From contig JAOPTW010000006.1 in the NCBI GenBank assembly GCA_051532035.1, positions 1 through 64,000 on the forward strand: a stretch of 64,000 nt of DNA. The letters run 5' to 3'. Source of the stretch: Fibrobacterales bacterium (GTDB taxonomy: Bacteria; Fibrobacterota; Fibrobacteria; Fibrobacterales; JAOPTW01). The translations under genes and the position numbers were made by a program. This document shows, piece after piece, positions 19,201 through 29,105 of the stretch. A model generated the notes under the pieces. The model was not told the DNA's origin. It saw only the letters and a program-made list of their open reading frames with translations, and did no database searches. The stretch's first letter is position 1. Each line of letters begins with the position of its first letter.

Positions 19201-20025
19201 TTAATTTGTAGAAATAACTCTAAATTTGGGCTCTTTTTCAGCGATATGGGCCTGTGCATACGTTTGGGCACTCTCTTTTGATTTAAATTTGCCAACCCAA
19301 ACGAGGTAGAGTGTCCCCGACTCTCTCTTCGATTGCTGAACCATTACAGAACGGCCAAGATCGGCATAAGCATTTTTTAAGCTTTCAGCATTCTGTTTAG
19401 AGGAAAATGCCCCTACTTGAATTGAGAAATCACCAATATCACTTTGTCTGGCTCCCTGCTTTATTGGGATAATCTGGGGACGAGCCACTCTTACAGGCGC
19501 CTTGTTTTGCACCCCTGAGTAGAGAGCACTCATACCATTAGTACTCTTAATTTTTTTAAGGCAAAAATCTCGCTTTTTTTGATCGCCTACTTCCTTATAT
19601 AGCTCATAGCAGACAACATTACTCAAGGACTTGGTGTCGAGAGTTGCATAAATTGATGAAGATGTATAAAGCGCAACAGCTTCAGGAAACTTACCGAGCT
19701 CTTTTAACATATAGGTTTTAAAGAGAACCGCTTTGTAATAATATGCGTCCTCTGGCTCTTGTAAAATAAGAATTTTATCAATTTGGCTCGCTGCTTTATC
19801 CACAGAACCTTTGGATACTTTCCTTGAAAAGAAATAGGACTGCGCGCTTTTATACAACGCACCCATTGCAGAATCGGATGAGGGATGCTTAAGGTAAAAG
19901 CGTTCAAAGCTGAGAGCAGCTTTACTATACTGGGCACGCGCATACTCCTGCTCACCATCGGTAAAGTGACCAGCAAAAAGCACACACACACTTAAGAGTA
20001 CTAATATTAACACTTTTGCCATCAT
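19201..20025 (-). CDS. Exported TPR + SPOR domain protein
   Basis: Signal peptide, TPR-like helices, C-terminal FSIQVGAFSSKQNA...YLVWVGKF. Start at MMAKV (20025). Confidence 0.88.
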   Translation of the reverse strand: MMAKVLILVLLSVCVLFAGHFTDGEQEYARAQYSKAALSFERFYLKHPSSDSAMGALYKSAQSYFFSRKVSKGSVDKAASQIDKILILQEPEDAYYYKAVLFKTYMLKELGKFPEAVALYTSSSIYATLDTKSLSNVVCYELYKEVGDQKKRDFCLKKIKSTNGMSALYSGVQNKAPVRVARPQIIPIKQGARQSDIGDFSIQVGAFSSKQNAESLKNAYADLGRSVMVQQSKRESGTLYLVWVGKFKSKESAQTYAQAHIAEKEPKFRVISTN

Positions 20026-20026
20026 C

Positions 20027-21013
20027 TTACTCCCGAAATTTTTCTCGAACAGCAGAGATACATTTCTCAGCAAGCCCATGATCATCCAATATACCAATAA
20101 TTGTTTTAAGATGGGCAAAATCAATTTCTGATATTTCAAGAAGCTGATTAAAGAGTGGCTCAACTGCGTCTGTCTCGCCCTTTTTAGTATAAAAGTTTAT
20201 GAGAAGGAGAATGACTGCATAGGAGCTTGTCCCCTTATTTTCAGCAGCATGTTGTAGAATATCTTCGATAGCATCGTATGAGTCCATAGAGAAAAGCTGA
20301 GTCTCGAGCTCTTTAAAGAGAACTGATGCCTCCACTGGGCAATGCCAGAGAAACTGTTTCCAGGTGTCAATCACCCCTCTTTTATCTCCCTCAGCCTTAT
20401 ATATTTCGAGCAGAAGTATATAGCCTGATGAACATTTAGGTTCACTTTTAAGTATAGAACGGGCTTGTTTTATTATAGCTGGCGGATGAGTAATGTAATT
20501 ATCCCTACAGAGTCCAATTTTAATTCGAGCTTCTCGAAGTGGATCCGAAACTTTTGCGAGCTTCGCATAGGCCTTATACGCCACTAATGCCTCATCCCAG
20601 TTCCCTTGATCTTCATAAATACCCGACATTAAAATTTTATAGCGGGGATCCTTTGGGCTCTCTTTCGCTTTTTTCTGTATCAGTTGTATAGCCTCATGAA
20701 GCTCACCTGCATCTCCCAAAGTCTCAATTAAGGTGTCTTCAACTTTTTTTGCCAACTCTTTGGGCATAGATGGACGCATTAATAAATCGTTAAGAATACG
20801 AATTGCTTTTTTATGCTCATGAATTGCCATATAGAGCATTGCCAATCGGTAATAGGCATCGATAATATTCGTATCAATCTTAACACACTGAATAAACGAC
20901 TCAATTGCCAGTTGCTCATTGCCCTCAATAATATTATTAAGGCCGGTAACATAAAATTCATTTGCTGTTTTAGGAGCTTTACTGTTATAGAGAATTTCGG
21001 TAAAGTTTTTCAC
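20027..21013 (-). CDS. TPR protein, LapB-like
   Basis: YVTGLNNII...AIESF...DAYYRLAMLY resembles the LapB N-terminal TPRs; follows a LapA-like gene. Confidence 0.7.
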   Translation of the reverse strand: MKNFTEILYNSKAPKTANEFYVTGLNNIIEGNEQLAIESFIQCVKIDTNIIDAYYRLAMLYMAIHEHKKAIRILNDLLMRPSMPKELAKKVEDTLIETLGDAGELHEAIQLIQKKAKESPKDPRYKILMSGIYEDQGNWDEALVAYKAYAKLAKVSDPLREARIKIGLCRDNYITHPPAIIKQARSILKSEPKCSSGYILLLEIYKAEGDKRGVIDTWKQFLWHCPVEASVLFKELETQLFSMDSYDAIEDILQHAAENKGTSSYAVILLLINFYTKKGETDAVEPLFNQLLEISEIDFAHLKTIIGILDDHGLAEKCISAVREKFRE

Positions 21014-21016
21014 ATC

Positions 21017-21388
21017 TTACCCCTCTTCAGTAGAGGTGAGTACCACTTCTTCTTCCTCTTCATCTTCAAGAGCTTGATTTCGATATTGGGCAAGCTCATT
21101 CATAAGCTCTTTTATCTCTTTATCTTTAGTCTTGATAATTTTCCGACGATTCAAGAGAGCCTTAAACGCAATAAGCATCCAACTACATACACCGAGAAGA
21201 TAGCAGATAAACAACCAGACTCCAACAGCAAAAGAGAACTCTGTACCCAGAAGCTCGATCAACAATGGCCGCGCCAATCTATCTGAATTGGAAAAAAGAA
21301 ATACAACAATAAAAGCAACAAGTACGACGGTTATTACCGAACGGACATTGATAGAAAAAAGGTTAACTTTTCTTCGTTCTTTACGCAT
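21017..21388 (-). CDS. LapA-family membrane protein
   Basis: Two TM helices followed by a coiled-coil ending ELAQYRN; upstream of the LapB-like gene. Confidence 0.65.
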   Translation of the reverse strand: MRKERRKVNLFSINVRSVITVVLVAFIVVFLFSNSDRLARPLLIELLGTEFSFAVGVWLFICYLLGVCSWMLIAFKALLNRRKIIKTKDKEIKELMNELAQYRNQALEDEEEEEVVLTSTEEG

Positions 21389-21431
21389 AGAGAAACTCCT
21401 GATAGAGGTACCGGAAAAAGTACCGTATGAG

Positions 21432-22823
21432 CTATACTATAACAATCTCAGGCTGAGTTGACAATGCTTCACCACGTAAAGTCCAACCATTGATATCATT
21501 TATTTGAGCTGTAATGATTTGACCCGGCTCAACACCAATACTTGAATCCTCTGAAAGTATCACTTTTTTAAAGCATTCGGTCTTCCCAATCATTTCATTT
21601 GGGTTTTTATGAGAAGCACCCTCAATTAGTATCTTCTTTTGTTCACCAAGAAGCAATTTTGTACGCTCCATGGTGATGCTATTTTGAAGCTCAATCAATT
21701 TCTGAAGACGCTCTTGCTTCAATGCTTCAGACACAGTATCTTCCATATCATATGCTTTAGTCCCTTTTCTTGGAGAGTAAGCAAACATGAAGGCACTATC
21801 AAATTTAATTTGTCGAACAAGGGAAAGCGTCTCTTGATAATCAACCTCTGTCTCCTCGACAAAGCCAACAATGATATCTGTTGTAATGGCAAAGTGTGGG
21901 TCAATTTTTCTCAATTTCTCTGCAATAAGCAGAAAATCTTCACGAGTATATTGACGCTTCATCTTTCTCAAAAGAACAGAAGAACCCGACTGAAGGGGAA
22001 GATGCACATGATTGCTTATTTGAGGAATATTACCCATGAGCCATATAAGTTCATCAGTAAAGTGTTTGGGGTGGGGAGAAGTAAAACGCACTCGCTCAAT
22101 ACCCTCAACCTGACTCACTTTGTACAGTAAATTTGCAAAATTCGCTCCCTCATATTTATATGAGTTAACGGTCTGTCCAAGAAGTGAGACCTCTTTAATG
22201 CCACTATCAACAGCCATAGTTACTTCATCAAGAATGTCACTAGCTGAACGGTTTTTTTCATGCCCTCGAACATACGGTACAATACAATATGAACAATGCT
22301 TGTTACACCCTCGTTGAATCGCAACAAAAGATGAAACGGGAGACTCTAAACGAGCATGAAGCCCTTCGTAGTTCTCACCTTCATCAAAATCAGTACTCAC
22401 CACAGGGGCAATTTTCTTAGGCCTTCTCGACTTTTTAGGCTTTTCGATCGGCTCTTCTACAATAGTTTCTGAGTCTTTTGCGATAATCGTTTCGAGCTCT
22501 TTATAATTATCAGGACCGAGTATGTAATCAACATGACCAAGAGAAGTAGGAATATCCTCTTCTCGGTTTTTAGCCATACACCCAACAACAGCAATCTTCA
22601 GTTTTTTGTTACCCTGTTTGAGGGGTTTAAGTTGCATTATACGAGCATAGGCTGTATCTTCAGCTTTTTCTCGTATAGAACAAGTATTCACTACGATGTA
22701 ATCTGCTTGTTCAACCTCTTCAGCTTCTGAAAATCCACGCTTCTCAAGCATTCCTGCAATAACGCTGGAATCATATACATTCATTTGACAGCCATAAGTG
22801 GCTATATGGTATTTAGCAGACAT
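21432..22823 (-). CDS. miaB: tRNA-2-methylthio-N6-dimethylallyladenosine synthase MiaB
   Basis: TYGCQMN, NTCSIREKAE, GCNKHCSYCIVP, RFTSPHP, YSPRKGT and C-terminal TRAM domain. Confidence 0.97.
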   Translation of the reverse strand: MSAKYHIATYGCQMNVYDSSVIAGMLEKRGFSEAEEVEQADYIVVNTCSIREKAEDTAYARIMQLKPLKQGNKKLKIAVVGCMAKNREEDIPTSLGHVDYILGPDNYKELETIIAKDSETIVEEPIEKPKKSRRPKKIAPVVSTDFDEGENYEGLHARLESPVSSFVAIQRGCNKHCSYCIVPYVRGHEKNRSASDILDEVTMAVDSGIKEVSLLGQTVNSYKYEGANFANLLYKVSQVEGIERVRFTSPHPKHFTDELIWLMGNIPQISNHVHLPLQSGSSVLLRKMKRQYTREDFLLIAEKLRKIDPHFAITTDIIVGFVEETEVDYQETLSLVRQIKFDSAFMFAYSPRKGTKAYDMEDTVSEALKQERLQKLIELQNSITMERTKLLLGEQKKILIEGASHKNPNEMIGKTECFKKVILSEDSSIGVEPGQIITAQINDINGWTLRGEALSTQPEIVIV

Positions 22824-22993
22824 GGTAACCTGATTTGAGAGGTGAGACCAAAGATAGAAAATTCAATCTTTGATCGCTACAGGTAATGAAGAATTTACAA
22901 AGGTGTGACCAAGGCCCCAAAAGGCTCTTTAGAGCCAAATAACGGAGCTAGACTATGGTATATTGAATAAAATAAGTGCAATAACCGTGAATT

Positions 22994-23656
22994 CTAAGTA
23001 AGTTCGATTGTAGGAATTAGTTGAGAAAGTTCTGCAAATGAATCAACGGTATAATCAGGATTTAATGCTAATAACCGTTCTTTTGCCGTTATACCATCAA
23101 GTATAGCAACTGATGTTACCCCACTATCCTTAGCTACCGCCACATCGGGTATCCCATCACCAATCATAACTGTCTGATTGGGCGTTGCCCCAAGCTCTTG
23201 TATAATATGAAGGAGTCCTTCAGGATTTGGTTTCCGAGTAGCAAAAGTATCACCACCCACAACCATCTTAAAGTAATCCATTAGACCAAGATGTTTCAAA
23301 ATATCAAGTGTCGGCGCATACGTCTTATTGGTGAGAACCGCTTTAGGGGTATCTTTATACTCTTCAAGTAATGCACGAACGCCATCGTAGGCATAAGTAG
23401 TATCACAACAGTGATTCGTATAGAACTTATGAAAAATCGCATAAGCCTCTTCGACTCGATCACTCGCATCATTTAGCATACAGCGGGTTAGCAACATTTT
23501 TACCCCATCACCAACTGCATAGCGAACTTCATTCATTGTCTTTTGAGGCATATTAAGTGCTTCTAGGGTATGATTCAGTGCCTGTTCCAAATCACCGAGA
23601 CTATCAATCAGGGTTCCATCGAGATCAAATACAAGAAGAGAGATATTTTTTTTCAT
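22994..23656 (-). CDS. gph: HAD hydrolase, phosphoglycolate phosphatase-like
   Basis: FDLDGTLIDS, LTNK, KPNP and MIGD motifs. Confidence 0.8.
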   Translation of the reverse strand: MKKNISLLVFDLDGTLIDSLGDLEQALNHTLEALNMPQKTMNEVRYAVGDGVKMLLTRCMLNDASDRVEEAYAIFHKFYTNHCCDTTYAYDGVRALLEEYKDTPKAVLTNKTYAPTLDILKHLGLMDYFKMVVGGDTFATRKPNPEGLLHIIQELGATPNQTVMIGDGIPDVAVAKDSGVTSVAILDGITAKERLLALNPDYTVDSFAELSQLIPTIELT

Positions 23657-23738
23657 ACAAATTATTACTTTTTATGCCACAGCACAGAGTGTGCCTGCAG
23701 TGGCATGATTCTTTGACCGACCCAAAAGGTAAATAAAT

Positions 23739-24464
23739 ATGAGTGAAACCGCCCTGTTATCATTTCACGATATCACTATTAACAATTTTATAACTGTTGA
23801 ATCATTCCTTAATGCTATTGACCAAGAAGGCGAGTACCCTTGCGCACTCCTTATTACGCCTTTCATTAATGAGAGCATTGATCCTGGTCTCATAACGAGC
23901 TTTGCCCAGTGGCTTACAAAGCGCCATTCATTAGGGCATGAAATTTTTATACATGGGTATACTCATACAGCTGACCCTCATTTAAAAAGAACACTCTGGG
24001 GGAGATTTAAAAACAAAATAAATAACCACGAAGCTGAATTTGCAGGACTCGATTCTGACGACACCACCAGGGTGTTGATGCGGGCCCTTGCAGCTTATAC
24101 CAAACTTCACAGAGGCCCTGTCTCGGGATTTGTCCCACCAACCTGGTTTGACTCACCAACTCTTAAGCAAGAGTGCTTTAACTCGAGCCTCCCTATCTAT
24201 GAGTCACGCTTTGCAATCCATAACCTTGAAGGCTCCACTATAAAAACAACGCCAATGAGTTGGTTTAGAAGCCCAATTCTTTTTATCCTTGGGACACTCT
24301 ATATTCGTTGTCGCCTCCTATTCCCCATTCATCGCCCTCTGAGAATCGCCCTACACCCCCAAGACATTGAAACCAATGGTAAGTTGAAATTGATTCGATC
24401 TTTACTCATTACCACGGGCAAAAAGTGTGGCTTTAGCCCCTATAGCTCTCTTTTCAACAGATAA
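23739..24464 (+). CDS. Polysaccharide deacetylase-like protein (DUF2334-type)
   Basis: SFHD, HGYTH, EAEF, GFVPPTW and RIALHP motifs. Confidence 0.8.
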   Translation: MSETALLSFHDITINNFITVESFLNAIDQEGEYPCALLITPFINESIDPGLITSFAQWLTKRHSLGHEIFIHGYTHTADPHLKRTLWGRFKNKINNHEAEFAGLDSDDTTRVLMRALAAYTKLHRGPVSGFVPPTWFDSPTLKQECFNSSLPIYESRFAIHNLEGSTIKTTPMSWFRSPILFILGTLYIRCRLLFPIHRPLRIALHPQDIETNGKLKLIRSLLITTGKKCGFSPYSSLFNR

Positions 24465-24526
24465 TACAGGACTGATCAGAAAACAATTTACTACTTTTCA
24501 CCTACAAACATAGAACAGGTGGAATT

Positions 24527-25195
24527 GTGATCAGTTTCTTAAAAGATGAAAATGAAAAAGAGGAAAAAACAGGGCTCTCTGACCTCATTCTTTTTCTCGT
24601 AATTATTGCTCTTGGTGTTGGCGGGTACTTCTATTTCAACCACGCTGAAGCTGAAACACTCGAAGATTATGCTGCAGCAGAAAAGCTTTTTGTTGATAAA
24701 AAATACGCTGAAGCATTTGATGCTTATACATCTCTCATGGATGCATCATGGAGTAACGATTCACTTGATAACGTTATATACCGCAATGGTCAAATTCTCG
24801 ATATCATTGCCTACCCACCAGAAAACATATCACCCAAAGACTCACTTGAGAAACAATGGGAAGTATTTGAAGCTCTGACTACAGAATACACAAAAGATAC
24901 TACCGCATTTATTATCAATTTTAAACGACCAGAAAACATATCATTTCTTCGATATGACCAATTTATTGCCATTGAACAGTGGGAGAGTACACAACAAAAG
25001 CGCTTGACTCAACACTCCCTCTATGCTACCTCTGATTCTCTCTGGAATACCGGAGCTGCTGAGTGGTCATCAATAGATACAACAACGTTTACCACTGCAC
25101 TCGACAGTATTAATGGAGGGGAATATCTTACAAGTGAACAAGTGACTCAGCTCACTGAATGGAAGACTGCCCTAGCTCCTGCCATGGAAGAGTAA
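24527..25195 (+). CDS. Hypothetical single-pass membrane protein
   Basis: N-terminal TM followed by a TPR-like helix pair; terminator follows. Confidence 0.75.
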   Translation: MISFLKDENEKEEKTGLSDLILFLVIIALGVGGYFYFNHAEAETLEDYAAAEKLFVDKKYAEAFDAYTSLMDASWSNDSLDNVIYRNGQILDIIAYPPENISPKDSLEKQWEVFEALTTEYTKDTTAFIINFKRPENISFLRYDQFIAIEQWESTQQKRLTQHSLYATSDSLWNTGAAEWSSIDTTTFTTALDSINGGEYLTSEQVTQLTEWKTALAPAMEE

Positions 25196-25234
25196 TACCG
25201 CAAAACCTAGTAGAGATACACTGGCCCAATATTT

Positions 25235-25266
25235 AAAAAGCGCTCCAATCAGGGAGCGCTTTTTTT
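25235..25266. terminator. Intrinsic terminator, probably bidirectional
   Basis: AAAAAGCGCTCC-loop-GGAGCGCTTTTTT between convergent genes. Confidence 0.88.
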
Positions 25267-25339
25267 ATTTTAATGACTGATAGCTTGCATGCCCTAATCA
25301 CTTTCCGACAACCGTAACAGCATCTGCGAACAGGTGCCT

Positions 25340-25837
25340 CTAAAGAGAATCCATGAACTCTTTTATCTCGGGGCGAGAGTTTTTAATGATAGGCGCATAA
25401 TTGTAATAGAGGAGGCTTATGATATTTTTTGGATCATTAAGCCAATTGAGATAGATCTTCTGTTTAGACTGACCATTTTCTAATACCAACACCTTATTGA
25501 ACGCTTTCAAAATAAACTGATAGCTCGATACTTCTGATAACAGATATTTATCCCACCTATCCGTAAGAAGCTTAAAGCCACGCTTGACAAAAAGGTGTTT
25601 CTCACTCATAGTCAAGTAACAGATTCGCGTTAAAAAGTAGTAAGGAATAAATACTAAAAAGTATAGGCCGTAGAGCCCCAATACACTCCAATAAAATGGC
25701 ATGAGTGAATCAGTAACACCACCTTTCACAAAGACATATCCCGTTAATCCCGAAAGAAGTGCCATCGGATAGAACAGACGCATAAAAAAGAGCATCTTTC
25801 TTGGGCGATAGACTTTTATCTCAAGTTCACCGAGCAT
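25340..25837 (-). CDS. Hypothetical membrane protein (2 TM + possible PH-like domain)
   Basis: Two hydrophobic helices followed by a beta-rich soluble region. Confidence 0.6.
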   Translation of the reverse strand: MLGELEIKVYRPRKMLFFMRLFYPMALLSGLTGYVFVKGGVTDSLMPFYWSVLGLYGLYFLVFIPYYFLTRICYLTMSEKHLFVKRGFKLLTDRWDKYLLSEVSSYQFILKAFNKVLVLENGQSKQKIYLNWLNDPKNIISLLYYNYAPIIKNSRPEIKEFMDSL

Positions 25838-26014
25838 AGTTATGAAAACCTGGCAGGTATTAAATTATCAGATTTGGAATATAGTTAAATAGTATATTCG
25901 ATTCCTTGAAATTATCGTTATCATCAATGATAATTTGATGAAATAAACATCTATCATCATTCTATCAACATTTATTTTCACATCAGCACCTTACAGCGAA
26001 CATTCTATCAACAC

Positions 26015-27472
26015 TTATTGTATTAGAAGGTCATCCTCGGAGATCAGTGAAATTGCCCCAAAATCTTCAAGAGATACACCATGCGCTTCATCGCGGAGGG
26101 TGATTTCATTTTGAGGCCCCACGAGAGTAATAACCATATTTTGAGGATTAAAATACTTTTCTGCAGCATTCTGAACGTCTTTTTGGGTGAGCGCTTGAAT
26201 TTTCGAAACATACAGCGCCATATGCGTAGAGTCGCGGCCATACTTCTCGGACATCACAAAGAAATCAACAGTATTCTCTGGAGTATCAAATATGCTTGGA
26301 ATGCTTTGTACAAAGTAATCCTTAGCTCTTTGAAGCTCAGCATCACTCATACCTTCATCAATAAATTTCTGTAACTCCTGCAAACACAATTTAACCGCAT
26401 ATACTGCTGTTTCATTTTTTGTTTGAAGAGAAACACCGCTTGTTTTTTGATAATTATAGCTACTTCCGGTAAACGAACGAACGGTATAGGCAAGCCCCTC
26501 ATCCGTTCGAATTTTTGATACAAGCCGTGAAGTAAATCCACCACTGCCCAATATATATGAAGCTACTGTGGCAGCATAATAATCAGGGTGAGGACGTTTT
26601 ATAAACGGTTGCCCCATGCGGATGTGGGTCTGAGAGACCTTTTTATCAACAATATAAACTCCGGGCTTTGCGATAACCAAAGGTTCGGCAATTTTGGCAA
26701 TTTCCCGCGATTTTACCTGCCATTTTGAAAAATAATCCTCTAAATAGGCCAAAACCTCTTCAGTATCGAAATCCCCTGCAATACCCAGAATAAGATGCTG
26801 AGGGTTAAAACGTCCCCCTGTATTTGCCAAGATTGCATCACGGGTAACCCCAGCTACAGCCTCTTCAGTCACATCCCAATTAATGGGGTGCTCACCATAG
26901 AGTACATGACTATAGAGCACTCGAGAAACCGAAGCAGGGTGATCATATTGATGATGTATATTTTGAATATACTGCTCTTTTGTTTGATTAAGACGTTTCT
27001 CATCAATTCCAGGATTTAGAAATATATCACGAGTTAGGCCGAGAACCGAATAGAGGTCTTTAGAAACTACATCAAGCTGTATTGAGGACTCATAATCTGA
27101 GAGCCCCCCCGCAACCTGGGCAGAAATAAAATCAAGAACCGCATCGACACTATCTGCAGATAGAGTGGCGGTACCACCTCTACGATACATTGATGACAGA
27201 AGCATACGGGTCGCCACATGAGAGAGGGAGTCTGAGTAGTTACTCTCTTTGAAGGTAAAATTAACCGAAACAAGAGGGAGACCCTTTTGAGGGTAGAGAT
27301 AGACAGGAGTACCATTTGAAAGTACATGGCGATACTCCATAGGGTTAGGGGCTGTATACTCCATCTTTGGGTAGGTTAATTCAGAATAGTGTGCCACAAT
27401 ATCAGATTGACCTGTTTTATGAGATGCACACCCCATTACTACAAGTATTGATCCTAATAGAAACTTCTTCAC
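26015..27472 (-). CDS. M16 peptidase, non-catalytic subunit (lipoprotein)
   Basis: Lipobox VMGC; LSNG, ILGSGGFTSRL and IRTDEGLAY motifs; no HxxEH. Confidence 0.9.
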   Translation of the reverse strand: MKKFLLGSILVVMGCASHKTGQSDIVAHYSELTYPKMEYTAPNPMEYRHVLSNGTPVYLYPQKGLPLVSVNFTFKESNYSDSLSHVATRMLLSSMYRRGGTATLSADSVDAVLDFISAQVAGGLSDYESSIQLDVVSKDLYSVLGLTRDIFLNPGIDEKRLNQTKEQYIQNIHHQYDHPASVSRVLYSHVLYGEHPINWDVTEEAVAGVTRDAILANTGGRFNPQHLILGIAGDFDTEEVLAYLEDYFSKWQVKSREIAKIAEPLVIAKPGVYIVDKKVSQTHIRMGQPFIKRPHPDYYAATVASYILGSGGFTSRLVSKIRTDEGLAYTVRSFTGSSYNYQKTSGVSLQTKNETAVYAVKLCLQELQKFIDEGMSDAELQRAKDYFVQSIPSIFDTPENTVDFFVMSEKYGRDSTHMALYVSKIQALTQKDVQNAAEKYFNPQNMVITLVGPQNEITLRDEAHGVSLEDFGAISLISEDDLLIQ

Positions 27473-28929
27473 TCTGTATCCTCCATTGACTTATTGAGTA
27501 ACACACCAACAGTAGACTGTGACTTAATAAAATATCGTTTTGCCGCTTCTTGGACCTGTTGAGCCGTAACGTTGCTCACTGATTCAGGAAAGGTATTAAT
27601 AAGCTCCCACCCACCATACATTTCGAGAAACGCTAATTGTGTCGCTACGTGCTCTATATTTTTAAGAGAACGTGCTGAGCGCGCATACACCTGATTCTTA
27701 ACTTTTTGTAACTCATATTCGCTAATGGGCTTATCCTGAAGACGTTTGAGTTCCTGCCATACAAGTTTTTCAACCTGAGCATGATCAACCCCAGTCTTAA
27801 GACCCACTTCAACTTCAAAGGAGCTGGTAAATTTCTTTACTGCATTACCCGCTTTCACTGAAGTCGCAACCCCCTGCTTGAGTACCAATTCTTTGTAGAG
27901 TCTACCCGATTTTCCCGAAAGAACTCCCTCTATAATATCTAACGCATAGATATCGTCATCTCCTACTTCAGGAGTATGAAAAAGCAGGTCATACCGAGGC
28001 TGTGCATCTTCTTTAATTTGGGTGAGGCGTTTCTCTCCCACCTGCTCTGGCTCACGAATAGTGATTTCCTCATGTTCTTTACCGCGAGGCAACCCATCAA
28101 AATATTTTTTTATAAGCGGGAGCACCTCATCTGATGAGAAATCACCTGCAAGCACAAGAATAGCGTTATTTGGCTTATAATACTGCTCATAGTGCGCTGT
28201 TGCCATCTCTCGTGTATAGTGTTCAATATCACTAGCCCACCCAATAGTTGGATTGCGATAAGGGTGTTCTTCATAAAAGAGAGCAGTTAAGCTTTCAAAA
28301 TAGCGACCCGTCGGCGAATCATCATACCGCATACGTCGTTCTTCCCGGACAACATCCCGCTCGGGATAGAACTCTCTTAAAACGGCATTATACATCCGGT
28401 CGGCTTCGAGCCACAAATAGAGTTCCAGTTTATTTTGAGGGAGTGTTACAAAATAGGCCGTCATCAGATCACTCGTAAAGGCATTGAGCCCCGTACCACC
28501 ATTTTTAAGATAGGTTTCCCAAAGTTCATCTTTGATAAACAGTTTTCTATGTGCATCGAGAAGATCAGTGTATGCCTTTTCTTCTTGCTTGTATAGTACA
28601 CTGTCTTTCGCACGTTTTGCACTATTCATTAATACTCTGACAGAGTCTATTTTCTCTATGTAGAGAGCATCTTGAATACTATCAGTAATACCAACCTTTT
28701 TGGTCCCTTTAAAAAGCATATGCTCAAGCATATGCGCAATACCAGTTTTACCTGGCTTTTCGTGAACTGAACCGGTGGTATAAAAAAGTCGACATGCAAT
28801 AATTGGCGCATGACTATTCTCATAGAGCAGAATAGTCAAGCCATTATCAAGCACCTCTTTTTTTACCGAGAGATTCACATTTGAAAATGCCAATGTGGCG
28901 ATACTGAGGAAGAGAACAAAAACCTTCAT
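27469..28929 (-). CDS. M16 zinc peptidase, catalytic subunit
   Basis: TGIAHMLEHMLFKGT (HxxEH), NAFTS and ERDVVREERR motifs; signal peptide. Confidence 0.95.
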   Translation of the reverse strand: MKVFVLFLSIATLAFSNVNLSVKKEVLDNGLTILLYENSHAPIIACRLFYTTGSVHEKPGKTGIAHMLEHMLFKGTKKVGITDSIQDALYIEKIDSVRVLMNSAKRAKDSVLYKQEEKAYTDLLDAHRKLFIKDELWETYLKNGGTGLNAFTSDLMTAYFVTLPQNKLELYLWLEADRMYNAVLREFYPERDVVREERRMRYDDSPTGRYFESLTALFYEEHPYRNPTIGWASDIEHYTREMATAHYEQYYKPNNAILVLAGDFSSDEVLPLIKKYFDGLPRGKEHEEITIREPEQVGEKRLTQIKEDAQPRYDLLFHTPEVGDDDIYALDIIEGVLSGKSGRLYKELVLKQGVATSVKAGNAVKKFTSSFEVEVGLKTGVDHAQVEKLVWQELKRLQDKPISEYELQKVKNQVYARSARSLKNIEHVATQLAFLEMYGGWELINTFPESVSNVTAQQVQEAAKRYFIKSQSTVGVLLNKSMEDTE

Positions 28930-29055
28930 AACAACCTTTCAATAGAGTTCATCTATTAATATAGCAAATTACCATGAGGCAGGTGCAGTTTGACCGGTAA
29001 CTGTGTAGAGTTGAAAAGAGAAGTGCAGATCTGAAACCATGGTTCTACAAAACAT

Positions 29056-29079
29056 AAAAGCCCCTCACAAGAGGGGCTT
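29056..29079 (-). terminator. Intrinsic terminator after the XPB helicase gene
   Basis: AAGCCCCTC/GAGGGGCTT stem with a U-tract on the minus strand. Confidence 0.8.
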
Positions 29080-29105
29080 ATTAAAAACTATTAGACGGTT
29101 AAAAA

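Noticed and set aside
22824..22993. Short repeats GGTG(A/T)GACCAA and palindrome GGCTCTTTAGAGCC upstream of miaB
   Set aside because: Too short and irregular to support a riboswitch, CRISPR array or operator call.
23674..23716. ATGCCAC/GTGGCAT inverted repeat and TGGCAT as a sigma54 site between divergent genes
   Set aside because: No GC at the -12 position on either strand; the hairpin has no U-tract and no assignable role.
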